A DNA stretch of 64,000 nucleotides from contig JAFGOI010000004.1 of NCBI GenBank assembly GCA_016926555.1, forward strand, positions 168,996 through 232,995, given 5' to 3'. Position numbers and translations under genes: made by a program. The notes beneath the pieces are model-generated. The model worked only from the letters and a program-made list of their open reading frames with translations. It was not told where the DNA came from and ran no database searches. This stretch comes from Patescibacteria group bacterium (GTDB taxonomy: Bacteria; Patescibacteriota; WWE3; UBA101185; UBA10185). This document shows positions 10,901 to 20,798 of this stretch, piece after piece (the first letter of the stretch is position 1; each line of letters starts with the position of its first letter).

Positions 10901-12256
10901 ATGAGTGACGTATTAAAAGAAAAAGTTAAGAAATTACCCCGTTCCCCGGGTATATATAAGTTTCTAGATAAAAACGAGAGAATTATTTACGTTGGTAAAG
11001 CTATTGACTTAAAGTCGCGTGTCGGATCTTACTTTAGTGTAAAACTTGATCCGGGGTCTAAAACTTATATTTTGGTTTCCGAAATTAGAGATATCGCCTA
11101 TATAGAGACCGAATCGGAAATAGAGGCGTTAGTTTTAGAGGCCGAATTAATCAAGAAGTATAAACCCAGGTTTAATATAAACCTCAAGGATAATAAGTCT
11201 TTTTTGTACATTGTTGTTAGACCGGAGAAAAAAGAAGTAAGGGGCAGATTGCGCACGTTATCTTCAGTGTTTATCTTGAGAAAACAGGATCTTGAGAAAG
11301 GCGATACTTACTTTGGCCCTTTTCCCAGCAGCCGGATTACAAGATCAGTAGTTCGTACATTAAGAAAGGTGTTTCCGCATAAAGATTGCAGCCCGTCAAA
11401 ATTTACCAGATATAGAAAAGTGCAAAAGACTTGTCTATATGGCCATATAGGTCTGTGCACAGGACCTTGCGTAAATGATGATAATACTGAGATCAGAGAG
11501 TATCAGTCTTATATAAATAAAATAAAGAAATTTCTTGGGGGAGATACGTCTTCATTAATTCAAGGGGTAGTAAAGCAAATGAATGCCGCTTCGAAGAGTC
11601 TTAAGTATGAAAAAGCGGCTTTCTATAGAGATTTGCTGGAGAAGTTTAATTATATCCGTCAGAGTTTCAGGACCCCAAGAGAGTATATGGAAAACCCTTA
11701 TCTCAAATATGATTTGGCGGAGGATGCAGTTGAAGAACTGCGAGAAGTACTGCCTACCCTTCATAAATTGCCTGAGAGGATTGAATGTTACGATATTTCA
11801 ACTATTTCTGGGGATTCTTCGGTTGGATCGATGGTTGTGGCGTTGATGGGCAATCTAGATACTACGGAATATAGAAGATTTAGGATTAAAACAAAAAATA
11901 CGCCAGACGATTTTGAGATGATGCGAGAGGTCTTGTCTAGGAGGCTAAAAAGAGAAAGGAGCAGATCAAAAAATGTTAAAAAATGGGGGTTACCAGATCT
12001 TATTGTTGTAGATGGGGGAAAAGGGCAAGTTAGCGCAGTAAGGGAGATTTTGTCCTGGTTAAATTTTGATATATGCGTAATAGGTTTGGCTAAGAAGAAT
12101 GAAACTGTTATTTATTATGAAAACGGCCAGTACAGGTGTCTTTCCCCGAATAGAGATGCGAAACCAATGAAGTTGCTCATAAAGCTTAGGGATGAGTCCC
12201 ACAGGTTTGCACAAAGCTATCACCACTTGCTTCGCAAGAAAAGTCTGCGAGAATGA
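10901..12256 (+). CDS. uvrC: Excinuclease ABC subunit C (UvrC), short form
   Basis: GIY-YIG domain 'SPGIYKFLDKNERIIYVGKAIDLKSRV' and a UvrC endonuclease region. 451 aa, so the C-terminal HhH region is reduced. Stop codon is TGA. Confidence 0.8.
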   Translation: MSDVLKEKVKKLPRSPGIYKFLDKNERIIYVGKAIDLKSRVGSYFSVKLDPGSKTYILVSEIRDIAYIETESEIEALVLEAELIKKYKPRFNINLKDNKSFLYIVVRPEKKEVRGRLRTLSSVFILRKQDLEKGDTYFGPFPSSRITRSVVRTLRKVFPHKDCSPSKFTRYRKVQKTCLYGHIGLCTGPCVNDDNTEIREYQSYINKIKKFLGGDTSSLIQGVVKQMNAASKSLKYEKAAFYRDLLEKFNYIRQSFRTPREYMENPYLKYDLAEDAVEELREVLPTLHKLPERIECYDISTISGDSSVGSMVVALMGNLDTTEYRRFRIKTKNTPDDFEMMREVLSRRLKRERSRSKNVKKWGLPDLIVVDGGKGQVSAVREILSWLNFDICVIGLAKKNETVIYYENGQYRCLSPNRDAKPMKLLIKLRDESHRFAQSYHHLLRKKSLRE

Positions 12257-12273
12257 AGTATAATTCATAACTA

Positions 12274-12684
12274 ATGAGGGCTTTATTAAAAGTAATCACG
12301 TTTGTCATTTTGTCGGTGTTGGCTTCGCAGTATGTTTTAAGCAGTTTTGATTACGGAGGCAGCCAAAGTAGAACAACGATACTGATAGTTATTGCGCTGA
12401 CACTCCTTTATTACTTCCTTAAACCGGTATTAGTTATTATAGGATTACCGCATCGTGGTTTGGGATTTGCCTTTCTTTTATTAGTAATGACGTCTTTAGT
12501 TTTGTATGTTTTGACAGTATTTCTCCCAGATTTCTACATTAGAGATACAACAATATCAAATTTGAATATTTTTGGCTTTGTGCTACCATCTAAACACCTG
12601 ACTGGCCTTTGGTCAGGTATTTTTTCAGCTTTGGTAATAAGTATTGTATATACTTATCTTGATTGGCTCGGGTCGAAAAAATGA
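12274..12684 (+). CDS. Small 4-TM membrane protein (DUF360/YvlD-like)
   Basis: 136 aa with four hydrophobic segments. 'LPHRGLGFAFLLLVMTS' resembles the DUF360 family. Confidence 0.35.
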   Translation: MRALLKVITFVILSVLASQYVLSSFDYGGSQSRTTILIVIALTLLYYFLKPVLVIIGLPHRGLGFAFLLLVMTSLVLYVLTVFLPDFYIRDTTISNLNIFGFVLPSKHLTGLWSGIFSALVISIVYTYLDWLGSKK

Positions 12685-12905
12685 ATTATTTAAATGTAGG
12701 TAAGATAGCGCAAATTTTAATATCAGTGTTACTGATGGTTTTAACACTGGTACAGTCAAAAGGAACCGGGTTAGCGCAGGGACTAAAAAGCTCGTTTAGC
12801 GGGTATCGTTCGATGCGGGGAGTTGAGAGGATCGTTTTCATCGCAACTATTGTTGCAACTGTACTATTTGTTGCTAATTCCCTGTTCATAATTGCTCTAA
12901 GTTAA
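12681..12905 (+). CDS. secG: Preprotein translocase subunit SecG
   Basis: 'MNYLNVGKIAQILISVLLMVLTLVQSKGTGLAQGLKSSFSGYRSMRG' matches the SecG signature (LxQxGKGxGL...FG) with two TM helices. Likely start is ATG 12681. Confidence 0.65.
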   Translation: MNYLNVGKIAQILISVLLMVLTLVQSKGTGLAQGLKSSFSGYRSMRGVERIVFIATIVATVLFVANSLFIIALS

Positions 12906-12908
12906 TAT

Positions 12909-14246
12909 ATGGCTTCAATTACAGTAGAAGGTAAACATCCTTTGGTAGGGGAAGTTAGAGTCTCCGGAGCTAAGAATGTTGCAACAAAAGTAATTTGTGC
13001 CTCATTGTTTTCAAGTGAAGATATAGTTTTAGAGAATGTTCCTCGGGTCACGTCTGTAATAAACGATCTAGAACTGATCAAAAGTATAGGTGGTACGGCT
13101 ATATGGACGGGTACAAATACAGTTACAGTAAATGGATCCAACATTAATACATATGATGTGCCGTATGAATTGGGTTCAAGGACTAAGACTTCGGTTTTGT
13201 TAACTGGTCCTCTGCTGTTTAGGTTCGGGAAGGCTAGAATACCTAAATTTGCACCGGAAACTTTTAAGCCCGGGCCGTTGAACAGGTTTATTGATACATG
13301 GGAAAGACTTGGGGTAAGAGTTGAGGAAAATGATATTTTTTATGAACTAGATGCATCCGCCATAAAATCGTCCAATATATTATTCTCTTTACCTACGCAT
13401 ATGGGTACAGATAGCGCTATATTATCTTCGCTATTTGTTCCGGGCGAGACAATTATTGATAACGCATCAGAGGAAATTGAAGTTGACAGCCTTATGGATT
13501 TCTGTAATTTAATCGGCGGTTCTGTAACGAGAGTGGATCCAAAGAGGCTCTCTATCAAAGGAACAAATATCTTTAAAGGGGGCAAGTACAAGCTGAGCCC
13601 CGATAAAGCGGAGATAGCCGTTTTCGCTTCATTAGCTATTCTTACCAATGGAAATATAATAGTAAAGGGCGCGGATAGAGTGGCGATGATCCCTTTTGTT
13701 AACTTTCTCACAAAAATAGGTGCAAGATATGAATTTGTAGACGAAGGACTAAAGGTGTGGCACGATGGTTCGCCGTTAAATCCTGTAGATGTAACGATCG
13801 CGCCCACACCGGGACTAGTTCCTGATTGGAAACCGCTTCTCATATTGTTACTGCTAAAAGCTGATGGAGTGAGTATTGTTCATGATACAGTCTATGTTGA
13901 TAGAAACGAGTTTACGAAAGACTTGAACCGTATGAGTGCTGGTTTAGAAGTGCTAAAACCTTCCGATGTAGATCTGACGCCTGTTATAAGTGACGATTCG
14001 TATAGTATTGATACTCAAGGTGAACCCAGTACAATCATAAGAGTAAGCGGGCCTTGTAAACTAAGGGGAGAGAAATTACACATTGACGATACTCAGTATG
14101 GTGCAGTGCTTGTTCTGGCAGCGTTGTTTGCTGAAGGAAAAAGCTGTATAAGTGGAATCGAGAATGTGGATTACCACTTTGAGCGGTTTGTAGAAAAACT
14201 TAAGAATCTTGGAGCTAAAATAACAGCATATGAGAGTGATGATTGA
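12909..14246 (+). CDS. murA: UDP-N-acetylglucosamine 1-carboxyvinyltransferase (MurA)-like enolpyruvyl transferase
   Basis: N-terminal 'VRVSGAKNVATKV' (Lys22 region), 'LLTGPLLFRFG', C-terminal 'GAVLVLAALFAEG...LGAKI', and a 'VPDWKP' Asp305-like region. The Cys115 loop is divergent (see findings). Confidence 0.75.
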   Translation: MASITVEGKHPLVGEVRVSGAKNVATKVICASLFSSEDIVLENVPRVTSVINDLELIKSIGGTAIWTGTNTVTVNGSNINTYDVPYELGSRTKTSVLLTGPLLFRFGKARIPKFAPETFKPGPLNRFIDTWERLGVRVEENDIFYELDASAIKSSNILFSLPTHMGTDSAILSSLFVPGETIIDNASEEIEVDSLMDFCNLIGGSVTRVDPKRLSIKGTNIFKGGKYKLSPDKAEIAVFASLAILTNGNIIVKGADRVAMIPFVNFLTKIGARYEFVDEGLKVWHDGSPLNPVDVTIAPTPGLVPDWKPLLILLLLKADGVSIVHDTVYVDRNEFTKDLNRMSAGLEVLKPSDVDLTPVISDDSYSIDTQGEPSTIIRVSGPCKLRGEKLHIDDTQYGAVLVLAALFAEGKSCISGIENVDYHFERFVEKLKNLGAKITAYESDD

Positions 14247-15306
14247 TCTAATATATCTTTTTATAGCGTCTGTAATATCGTTTCTTCTGTATCCCATATG
14301 GATAAATTTTGTATATAGGTTTCAAATGGGAGAAGAAATCAGGGGCGATGGTCCCAATACCCACCTAATCAAAAAAGGTACTCCCACTATGGGCGGCCTG
14401 GTATTTATTCTTGTAGTTGCTTTTGTAACCTTCATATTTAATAGATCGCGTACCCAAACTTTATTTCCGATATTTATTGCTTCCAGTGCAGGTTTATTGG
14501 GTTTAATTGAGGATTTTACTAAGGTGTATAAAAAATCGGGTTTACCTGGTTTTTTGGAATATCACTTTGGTAAGATTTTCAAAAAAAAGAAAAAGAAATC
14601 TACATTCAAACCATGGCTGGTGTTTAGAGAATTTTGGCGTGCAGTTGGAAGTAGTAGAGGAACAGGTGTGGAGACATACCAGAAGTTTCTTGTTCAGGCT
14701 TTAATGGGTGGTTTTGTGGCCTATTGGACTTATTTCAAACTTGGGTGGGATTATTTATGGCTTCCTTTAGTGGGCAATATACATTTGGGTTTGTTATATC
14801 CTTTATTTGTGTTTGTGCTGTTTATTATCGTGTTGAATGCGGTTGCTATTTCGGATGGTTTGGACGGTTTGGTGGGGGGGCTGTCTCTATTTTCTTTTAT
14901 ATCATTCTGGTTTATCTCGTATTTGCTGGAGTATTATTCGCTGGCTGGGTTCTGTGCGACCTTTGTGGGCGCGCTAATTCCTTTTTTGTATTTTAATGTT
15001 TATCCTGCAAGAATTTTCATGGGGAATGTGGGATCTCATGTGTTAGGGGCAACTTTGGTAGTACTAGCAGTTGTAATGCATAGGGAAGTTGCTCTGTTTT
15101 TTGTTGCGATTGTTATGCTGTTGGATGGTTTCACAAGTCCGTTACAGTCTCTTTCCGTGAAGTATACAGGAAAGAGGGTATTTCTAATGGCTCCTTTTCA
15201 TCATCACTTTGAATTACTAGGATGGCCTGAAACAAAAGTAACTTTAAGGTTCTGGTTGTTCGGAATCTTCTTTGCCTTTGTAGGTATATTTATTGCTCTA
15301 TTGTAA
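14230..15306 (+). CDS. mraY: Phospho-N-acetylmuramoyl-pentapeptide transferase (MraY)
   Basis: 'KKGTPTMGG', 'PFHHHFELLGW', ten TM helices. Contains a poly-Lys insertion encoded by an A8-G-A5 run at 14581-14594. Confidence 0.9.
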   Translation: MRVMIDLIYLFIASVISFLLYPIWINFVYRFQMGEEIRGDGPNTHLIKKGTPTMGGLVFILVVAFVTFIFNRSRTQTLFPIFIASSAGLLGLIEDFTKVYKKSGLPGFLEYHFGKIFKKKKKKSTFKPWLVFREFWRAVGSSRGTGVETYQKFLVQALMGGFVAYWTYFKLGWDYLWLPLVGNIHLGLLYPLFVFVLFIIVLNAVAISDGLDGLVGGLSLFSFISFWFISYLLEYYSLAGFCATFVGALIPFLYFNVYPARIFMGNVGSHVLGATLVVLAVVMHREVALFFVAIVMLLDGFTSPLQSLSVKYTGKRVFLMAPFHHHFELLGWPETKVTLRFWLFGIFFAFVGIFIALL

Positions 15307-15308
15307 CT

Positions 15309-16460
15309 ATGAAAAAAACTCCTCCTGCTCATAACACCAGAAACCTCCTTATATTAATTTTTATACTTCTGTTTATCGGCATAATAGTAATATCCAGTTC
15401 TACATCGGTATATTCACAATCTTTATATGGAAGCCCTTATAGATTCACTATATTACAGGCAGGCTGGATAGTTTTGGGTTTAATAGGTTTTTACTTTTTT
15501 TATAAATATGACTATAAAAAGCTAGATCGCCTTTCTTATTTTCTATTTGTGGGAACAATTGTATTGCTGCTTCTCTTAGCGTTAGTGGGTTTTTTGCCGT
15601 GTGATAAAAGTATTTCATTTATACCTTGTATAAATGGTGCGAACAGATGGCTATTTTTGAATCCGGCTCCTTTGCCGGAAGTGCCTTTTCTTGGTGTGGT
15701 TGGGTTCCAACCTGGGGAGCTGGCAAAATTATCTCTGATAATTTATCTATCTATTCAAATATCAAAAAACCTAAAGAGAAATGAAGACGTTTTCGTTGTT
15801 TATGCAGTTGTATCCGGATTGACCTCTCTTCTTATATTATTTCAGCCTAATATGTCGACTGCTGTAATGGTTTTTGCTTTGGGTTCGATGATTTATTTTT
15901 CGTCAGATGCACCCTTGGGTACACTTTTAAAAATGGTGCCTATTGCCCTTGTAGCTGTAGTGATTTTAGTAGTTTCTTCTCCGTATAGACGGGAAAGGTT
16001 AGTATCTCTTCTCGGACTTGGCAAGGAAGAAACAAGCTATCATATGGAGCAAATACTAATATCTTTAGGTTCTGGGGGTTTAACCGGAGTAGGTTTCGGC
16101 CAGTCGATGCAAAAGTTTCATTATTTGCCGGAAATTGCTTCGGATTCAATATTTGCGGTTATAGGAGAAGAGTTCGGTCTTATTGGTACTACCACACTTG
16201 TAGTAATCTTTTCGTATTTTATATATATAGGGTATAGAATATCTCAAGAATCGAAGGATACACTTGGAAGATTGTTGGCAGTTGGTATTACTTCTTGGGT
16301 GGCCTTACAGTTTTTTGTTAATACAGCTGCCATGACAGGTATAATACCTTTAACCGGAGTGCCTATGCCTTTAATATCCTACGGAGGTTCTTCTATGGTG
16401 TTTAGTATGATGGGAATGGGAATATTAGCAAGCATATCTCGGGATATTGAATCTTCATAA
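15309..16460 (+). CDS. ftsW: SEDS-family peptidoglycan glycosyltransferase FtsW/RodA
   Basis: 383 aa polytopic membrane protein with SEDS conserved blocks. Sits between mraY and murG as in dcw clusters. Confidence 0.85.
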   Translation: MKKTPPAHNTRNLLILIFILLFIGIIVISSSTSVYSQSLYGSPYRFTILQAGWIVLGLIGFYFFYKYDYKKLDRLSYFLFVGTIVLLLLLALVGFLPCDKSISFIPCINGANRWLFLNPAPLPEVPFLGVVGFQPGELAKLSLIIYLSIQISKNLKRNEDVFVVYAVVSGLTSLLILFQPNMSTAVMVFALGSMIYFSSDAPLGTLLKMVPIALVAVVILVVSSPYRRERLVSLLGLGKEETSYHMEQILISLGSGGLTGVGFGQSMQKFHYLPEIASDSIFAVIGEEFGLIGTTTLVVIFSYFIYIGYRISQESKDTLGRLLAVGITSWVALQFFVNTAAMTGIIPLTGVPMPLISYGGSSMVFSMMGMGILASISRDIESS

Positions 16461-16503
16461 ATACAATTATTGCCGATTTTTCAACTGAGTTATAATACGA
16501 GTA

Positions 16504-17610
16504 ATGAAAATAGTTATGACGGGAGGTCACCATTCATCGGCACTTCCTGTGATCAAGGAATTAAAAAAAAGACAAACTGATGTTGATATTATCTGGCTGG
16601 GGCATAGAAGGTCTCAGAGAGGTAATGCGAGTGACACACTTGAATATACTGAGATCACTTCAATGAACATTAAGTTCTATAACCTTAACGCCGGAAAGTT
16701 TTATAGAACAATTGATCCAGTAAGACTAATAAAAATACCCCTTGGTTTTCTGCAGGCGCTAGTTATATTAATCAAAGAAAAACCGGATATTATTCTTTCG
16801 TTTGGAGGTTATTTGGCTGTTCCGCCGGTAATTATGGGCTGGTTGCTTGGAATACCAAGTGTTACTCATGAACAGACTGTTACATCCGGGTACGCGAATA
16901 AACTTATATCTAAGTTTGTAAAGAGAATATTTGTCTCTTGGCCGGATTCGGAGAATCAGTTTGATAGTGGAAAAGTTGTTTTTACGGGGCTTCCCCTGAG
17001 AGAAGCGATATTCAAACAAAGTTCAGATTCTTTCAAAGCGGACAATTCTCTTCCATATGTTTACGTAACTGCAGGCAAAACCGGTTCGCACTTGATAAAC
17101 GGAATTGTACAAAAGTGTTTATTGGATTTGCTCTCAATATGTAATGTCATACATCAGTGTGGGGATCATTCACAGTATAAAGATATTGATGTACTCCAAG
17201 GTCATTATGAAAAAATAAAAGATAATGTCCGGGGGAAGTATTTTTTGAGAAAATTTGTTTTTGAAGATGAAATTGGTGAAGCTCTTACTAGAGCGTCAGT
17301 TGTGATCTCAAGGGCAGGAGCGCACACCATTATGGAGTTACTATATTTGGGTAAGCCGGCTGTGTTGATTCCCATACCATGGGCATCTCATGATGAGCAG
17401 AATAAAAATGCCCAGATGTTAAGGAAATACAAACTATGTGAAATTATTGATGAAGCCAATTTAACGCCAAAATTATTAGTAGACACAGTTAACAAAATTT
17501 TAGCTTCGTATGACAACTATTTAGAAGTCGGCAAATTAAATAGCAAATTTAAGGTAAATAATGCCGCGAGTTTAATTATCGATGAGGTAATGAAAGTTGT
17601 TGGAAGCTAA
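16504..17610 (+). CDS. murG: UDP-GlcNAc:undecaprenyl-PP-MurNAc-pentapeptide GlcNAc transferase (MurG)
   Basis: N-terminal 'MTGGHHSSALPV' G-loop, a GT28 C-terminal domain, and dcw context. Confidence 0.85.
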   Translation: MKIVMTGGHHSSALPVIKELKKRQTDVDIIWLGHRRSQRGNASDTLEYTEITSMNIKFYNLNAGKFYRTIDPVRLIKIPLGFLQALVILIKEKPDIILSFGGYLAVPPVIMGWLLGIPSVTHEQTVTSGYANKLISKFVKRIFVSWPDSENQFDSGKVVFTGLPLREAIFKQSSDSFKADNSLPYVYVTAGKTGSHLINGIVQKCLLDLLSICNVIHQCGDHSQYKDIDVLQGHYEKIKDNVRGKYFLRKFVFEDEIGEALTRASVVISRAGAHTIMELLYLGKPAVLIPIPWASHDEQNKNAQMLRKYKLCEIIDEANLTPKLLVDTVNKILASYDNYLEVGKLNSKFKVNNAASLIIDEVMKVVGS

Positions 17611-18397
17611 AAACTTATCGTACAAAAAACGTTTTAGGAATAGACAGATTCGTAGGCCGAACAAATTTAGAGTAGGTGTAAGAAAGTACAAGTCCTTAGT
17701 ATTTACTTGTATTGCTCTCTCAATTTTGTCTGGCGCAGGATATATGATATATGGCTTTTTCTTTTTATCCGGAAGATATAATGTGAAACACATCTATGTT
17801 GCGGGTACTGAGCAATTTGTAAGTAAAGAGGATCTGAATAACTTGTTAAACGGACAGGTGTTGGGGGCAAATATTCTTGGTTTGGATCCGAAAGATTTAG
17901 AGAGTGCATTGCGGGATAATTTTCTTGGGATAAAAAGTGTTACAGTGACAAAAGATTTTCCCGATATTATTGAAGTCTTAGTTTTGGAACGGGTTCCCAA
18001 GTCCGTTGTATGTGACCCTAAAAAGGAATGTTTTTATATTGATGGGGAAGGCTATGTCTTGGGTGCAACAGGGTATGATGAGACAGATTTTCCAATAATT
18101 GATTACAGTGGTGATATATTTATAGGGAAGATTTTAGAGGAGGATGTTATTCCGGTAAGTTTTGAGATTCTCAATTTTTCAAAGAAACAAAAAATTAGTG
18201 TGAGCTCGATCAGTTACAAACCAGACTACTCTGAAATGTATATAAATGATGATATTGTGGTATTGATCAGCCATAGTAAGGACAAATCGGACGCTTTAAA
18301 AATAGTCGCGTCTTTATTGAATTTAAAAACGGATGATGGCAGAAGTATAAGGAAAATCGATTTACGATATGATAAAGTAGTAGTATCATATGATTAA
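17597..18397 (+). CDS. ftsQ: Cell division protein FtsQ/DivIB (POTRA)
   Basis: N-terminal TM, POTRA-like region, and position between murG and ftsA. ATGA overlap with murG. Confidence 0.7.
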   Translation: MLEAKNLSYKKRFRNRQIRRPNKFRVGVRKYKSLVFTCIALSILSGAGYMIYGFFFLSGRYNVKHIYVAGTEQFVSKEDLNNLLNGQVLGANILGLDPKDLESALRDNFLGIKSVTVTKDFPDIIEVLVLERVPKSVVCDPKKECFYIDGEGYVLGATGYDETDFPIIDYSGDIFIGKILEEDVIPVSFEILNFSKKQKISVSSISYKPDYSEMYINDDIVVLISHSKDKSDALKIVASLLNLKTDDGRSIRKIDLRYDKVVVSYD

Positions 18398-18411
18398 ACT
18401 TTTTTGCCGTT

Positions 18412-19659
18412 ATGCCCAAAGATAAGATCATAACAGGGATCGATATTGGATCCACTAAAGTAAATACGACTATAGCCGCCGTATCTGAGAATAAGGTGTC
18501 AGTGATAGGTGTGTCCGGCGAGATACCTTCAAAGGGTATCAACAAAGGTAACGTAGTGGATATTGATAGCTCAGTTGAGGCTATAGCAAATTCTCTAGAA
18601 CGGGCGGAGCGAATGGCTGGAGTTTCAGTTCATTCAGCATTTGTAACGATAAACGGCAGCCATATAAACACCTTGAATTCTCATGGGGTGGTTGCGGTTT
18701 CACCAAATGAAAACTCTGAGATATCTCACGAGGACGTTGTAAGAGTAATTGATGCGGCCAAAGCTGTATCCCTACCTTCAACCAGAGAAATTATTCATGT
18801 TATACCAAGAGATTTTGTTGTGGATGCTCAGGAAGGGATAAAAGATCCTGTTGGCATGTCCGGTGTAAGGCTCGAAGTTGAGACTAATATAATTCATGGT
18901 TCTGCTACTGCCGCGAAAAATATTATAAAGTGTATTGATCAAGTTGGGGTTGCGGTTGAAGAACTCGTATATGTGGGAATAGCCTCATCAGAAGCTGTTC
19001 TGACTGATACTGAAAAAGAGTTGGGTACGATGCTTGTCGATATTGGAGGCGGTACAACCGCCACGATCGCTTTTATAGATGGAAGTCCGGTTCACTCTAC
19101 AGTTCTTCCAATTGGTGGAAAACTTATTACGAGTGATTTAGCAATTGGGTTACGTGCAAAATTAGAAGATGCGGAGAGGATCAAACTTGATTTAAGTATT
19201 AAAGCTAAGGTTTCAAAAGATAAAAGCGATGAAGATGAATTTGACTTATCCCACTATGGCTTGGAAATGGATTCGGCGCCAAAAAGTGTTTTGCAGGGAA
19301 TAATAGACGCAAGATTAAAAGAGATATTTGAGCTAGTATCCTTAGAGATGTCAAAAGCCGATCTCTATAAAAAACTTCCGGCAGGCATTGTGCTTACTGG
19401 TGGTGCAGCCCACACAGTTGGTATAGAGAGGTCCGCAAAAACGATTCTGAAATTGCCTGTTCGAGTTGGAACACCAAAGGGAGTAACTGGTTTGGTGGAT
19501 GAAATTCAAGGAGTTTCATCTGCTGCTGCGGTTGGTGCGATTATGTATGGGGCTAACCTATATAAAGAAGGTTCCCTATTGTCTTTGGATGACAAAAACG
19601 GTAATATTGGAAAAAGCGTCTCGAAATTTTTTGGAAAATTAAAATCCTTTTTGCCTTAA
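18412..19659 (+). CDS. ftsA: Cell division protein FtsA
   Basis: Actin-fold ATPase 'ITGIDIGSTKV...' and 'DIGGGTT' motifs. Immediately upstream of ftsZ. Confidence 0.9.
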   Translation: MPKDKIITGIDIGSTKVNTTIAAVSENKVSVIGVSGEIPSKGINKGNVVDIDSSVEAIANSLERAERMAGVSVHSAFVTINGSHINTLNSHGVVAVSPNENSEISHEDVVRVIDAAKAVSLPSTREIIHVIPRDFVVDAQEGIKDPVGMSGVRLEVETNIIHGSATAAKNIIKCIDQVGVAVEELVYVGIASSEAVLTDTEKELGTMLVDIGGGTTATIAFIDGSPVHSTVLPIGGKLITSDLAIGLRAKLEDAERIKLDLSIKAKVSKDKSDEDEFDLSHYGLEMDSAPKSVLQGIIDARLKEIFELVSLEMSKADLYKKLPAGIVLTGGAAHTVGIERSAKTILKLPVRVGTPKGVTGLVDEIQGVSSAAAVGAIMYGANLYKEGSLLSLDDKNGNIGKSVSKFFGKLKSFLP

Positions 19660-19682
19660 ACTGCCCGATATACAATTAGAAT

Positions 19683-20798
19683 ATGTTAGTAAAACCTGAA
19701 ATCGAAAGATTTGCAAAGATACGTGTCGTTGGAGTTGGCGGCGCGGGAGGAAACGTTTTAAACTCCATGATCGAGTCCCAACAGATTACTGGTGTAGAGT
19801 TTATTGCTATTAATGCGGACGCTCAGGATTTATCCATTAATAAAGCCCCCATCAAAATACCTATAGGACATGAGTTAACCGGAGGTTTAGGTTGTGGTGC
19901 GGATCCCACTTTGGGAAAAAAGGCCGGTGAAGAATCGGAAGGAGTGATTAGAAGTAATTTGGAAGGCGCAGATATGGTGTTTATTACTGCGGGAATGGGT
20001 GGTGGTACAGGAACCGGTGCCGCTCCGGTAGTAGCTCGTATTGCTAAAGAAGCTGGTGCTTTAACTATTGGTGTTGTTACAAAACCATTTGCTTTTGAGG
20101 GAGCTCAGAGATTGAAGAACGCCGAGTTGGGAATTGATGCATTAAGGAGTGAAGTTGACGCACTAATCACTATTCCGAATGAGAAGCTTTTAGAAATTGC
20201 TGATGAGACTATGTCTATTATAGAAGCGTTTAAATTATCAGATAGTGTGTTAAACCAGGGTGTACAGGGTATAGCGGATTTGATTGTGATGCCCGGGCTA
20301 ATTAACGTAGACTTTGCCGATGTGCGAACAATAATGAAGGACGCGGGGACAGCTTTGATGGGTATAGGGATTGGGACAGGTGAAACTAGGGCAGAAGAAG
20401 CTGCAAGAGCAGCTATATCATCCCCCTTACTCGAACAAAACATAGAAGATGCGACCGGTATTTTGTTTAATGTTGTTGGAGGTAATGATCTGGCCATGAA
20501 GGAAGTGGATAGGGCAGCGAACATTATAAGGGGTATTGCTTCCGCTGATGCAAATATTATATTTGGAACTTCTATAGATGAGAAACTAAGTGGACAGATG
20601 AAGATTACTGTTATAGCTACCGGTTTTGAAACAGAGGAATCGCCAATAAAAACTGCTATCCGGGAAAGTTTTGCACCCCGAGAGCAATTTACTTCGCTCG
20701 AGGAAGGTGTTTCTAAGGGAAAAGAGTCGCCCAAGGAAACCCCTTCGGGTGATTTAGATAGTAAATACGACATTCCAGCATTTTTAAGAGGCAAATAA
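19683..20798 (+). CDS. ftsZ: Cell division GTPase FtsZ
   Basis: Tubulin signature 'GGGTGTGAAP' and 'VGVGGAGGNV'. Confidence 0.97.
   Translation: MLVKPEIERFAKIRVVGVGGAGGNVLNSMIESQQITGVEFIAINADAQDLSINKAPIKIPIGHELTGGLGCGADPTLGKKAGEESEGVIRSNLEGADMVFITAGMGGGTGTGAAPVVARIAKEAGALTIGVVTKPFAFEGAQRLKNAELGIDALRSEVDALITIPNEKLLEIADETMSIIEAFKLSDSVLNQGVQGIADLIVMPGLINVDFADVRTIMKDAGTALMGIGIGTGETRAEEAARAAISSPLLEQNIEDATGILFNVVGGNDLAMKEVDRAANIIRGIASADANIIFGTSIDEKLSGQMKITVIATGFETEESPIKTAIRESFAPREQFTSLEEGVSKGKESPKETPSGDLDSKYDIPAFLRGK

Noticed and set aside
20105-20794. 229-aa ORF antisense to ftsZ
   Set aside because: It is a Ser/Ala-rich mirror of the Gly/Ala-rich FtsZ coding strand. It is a classic shadow ORF.
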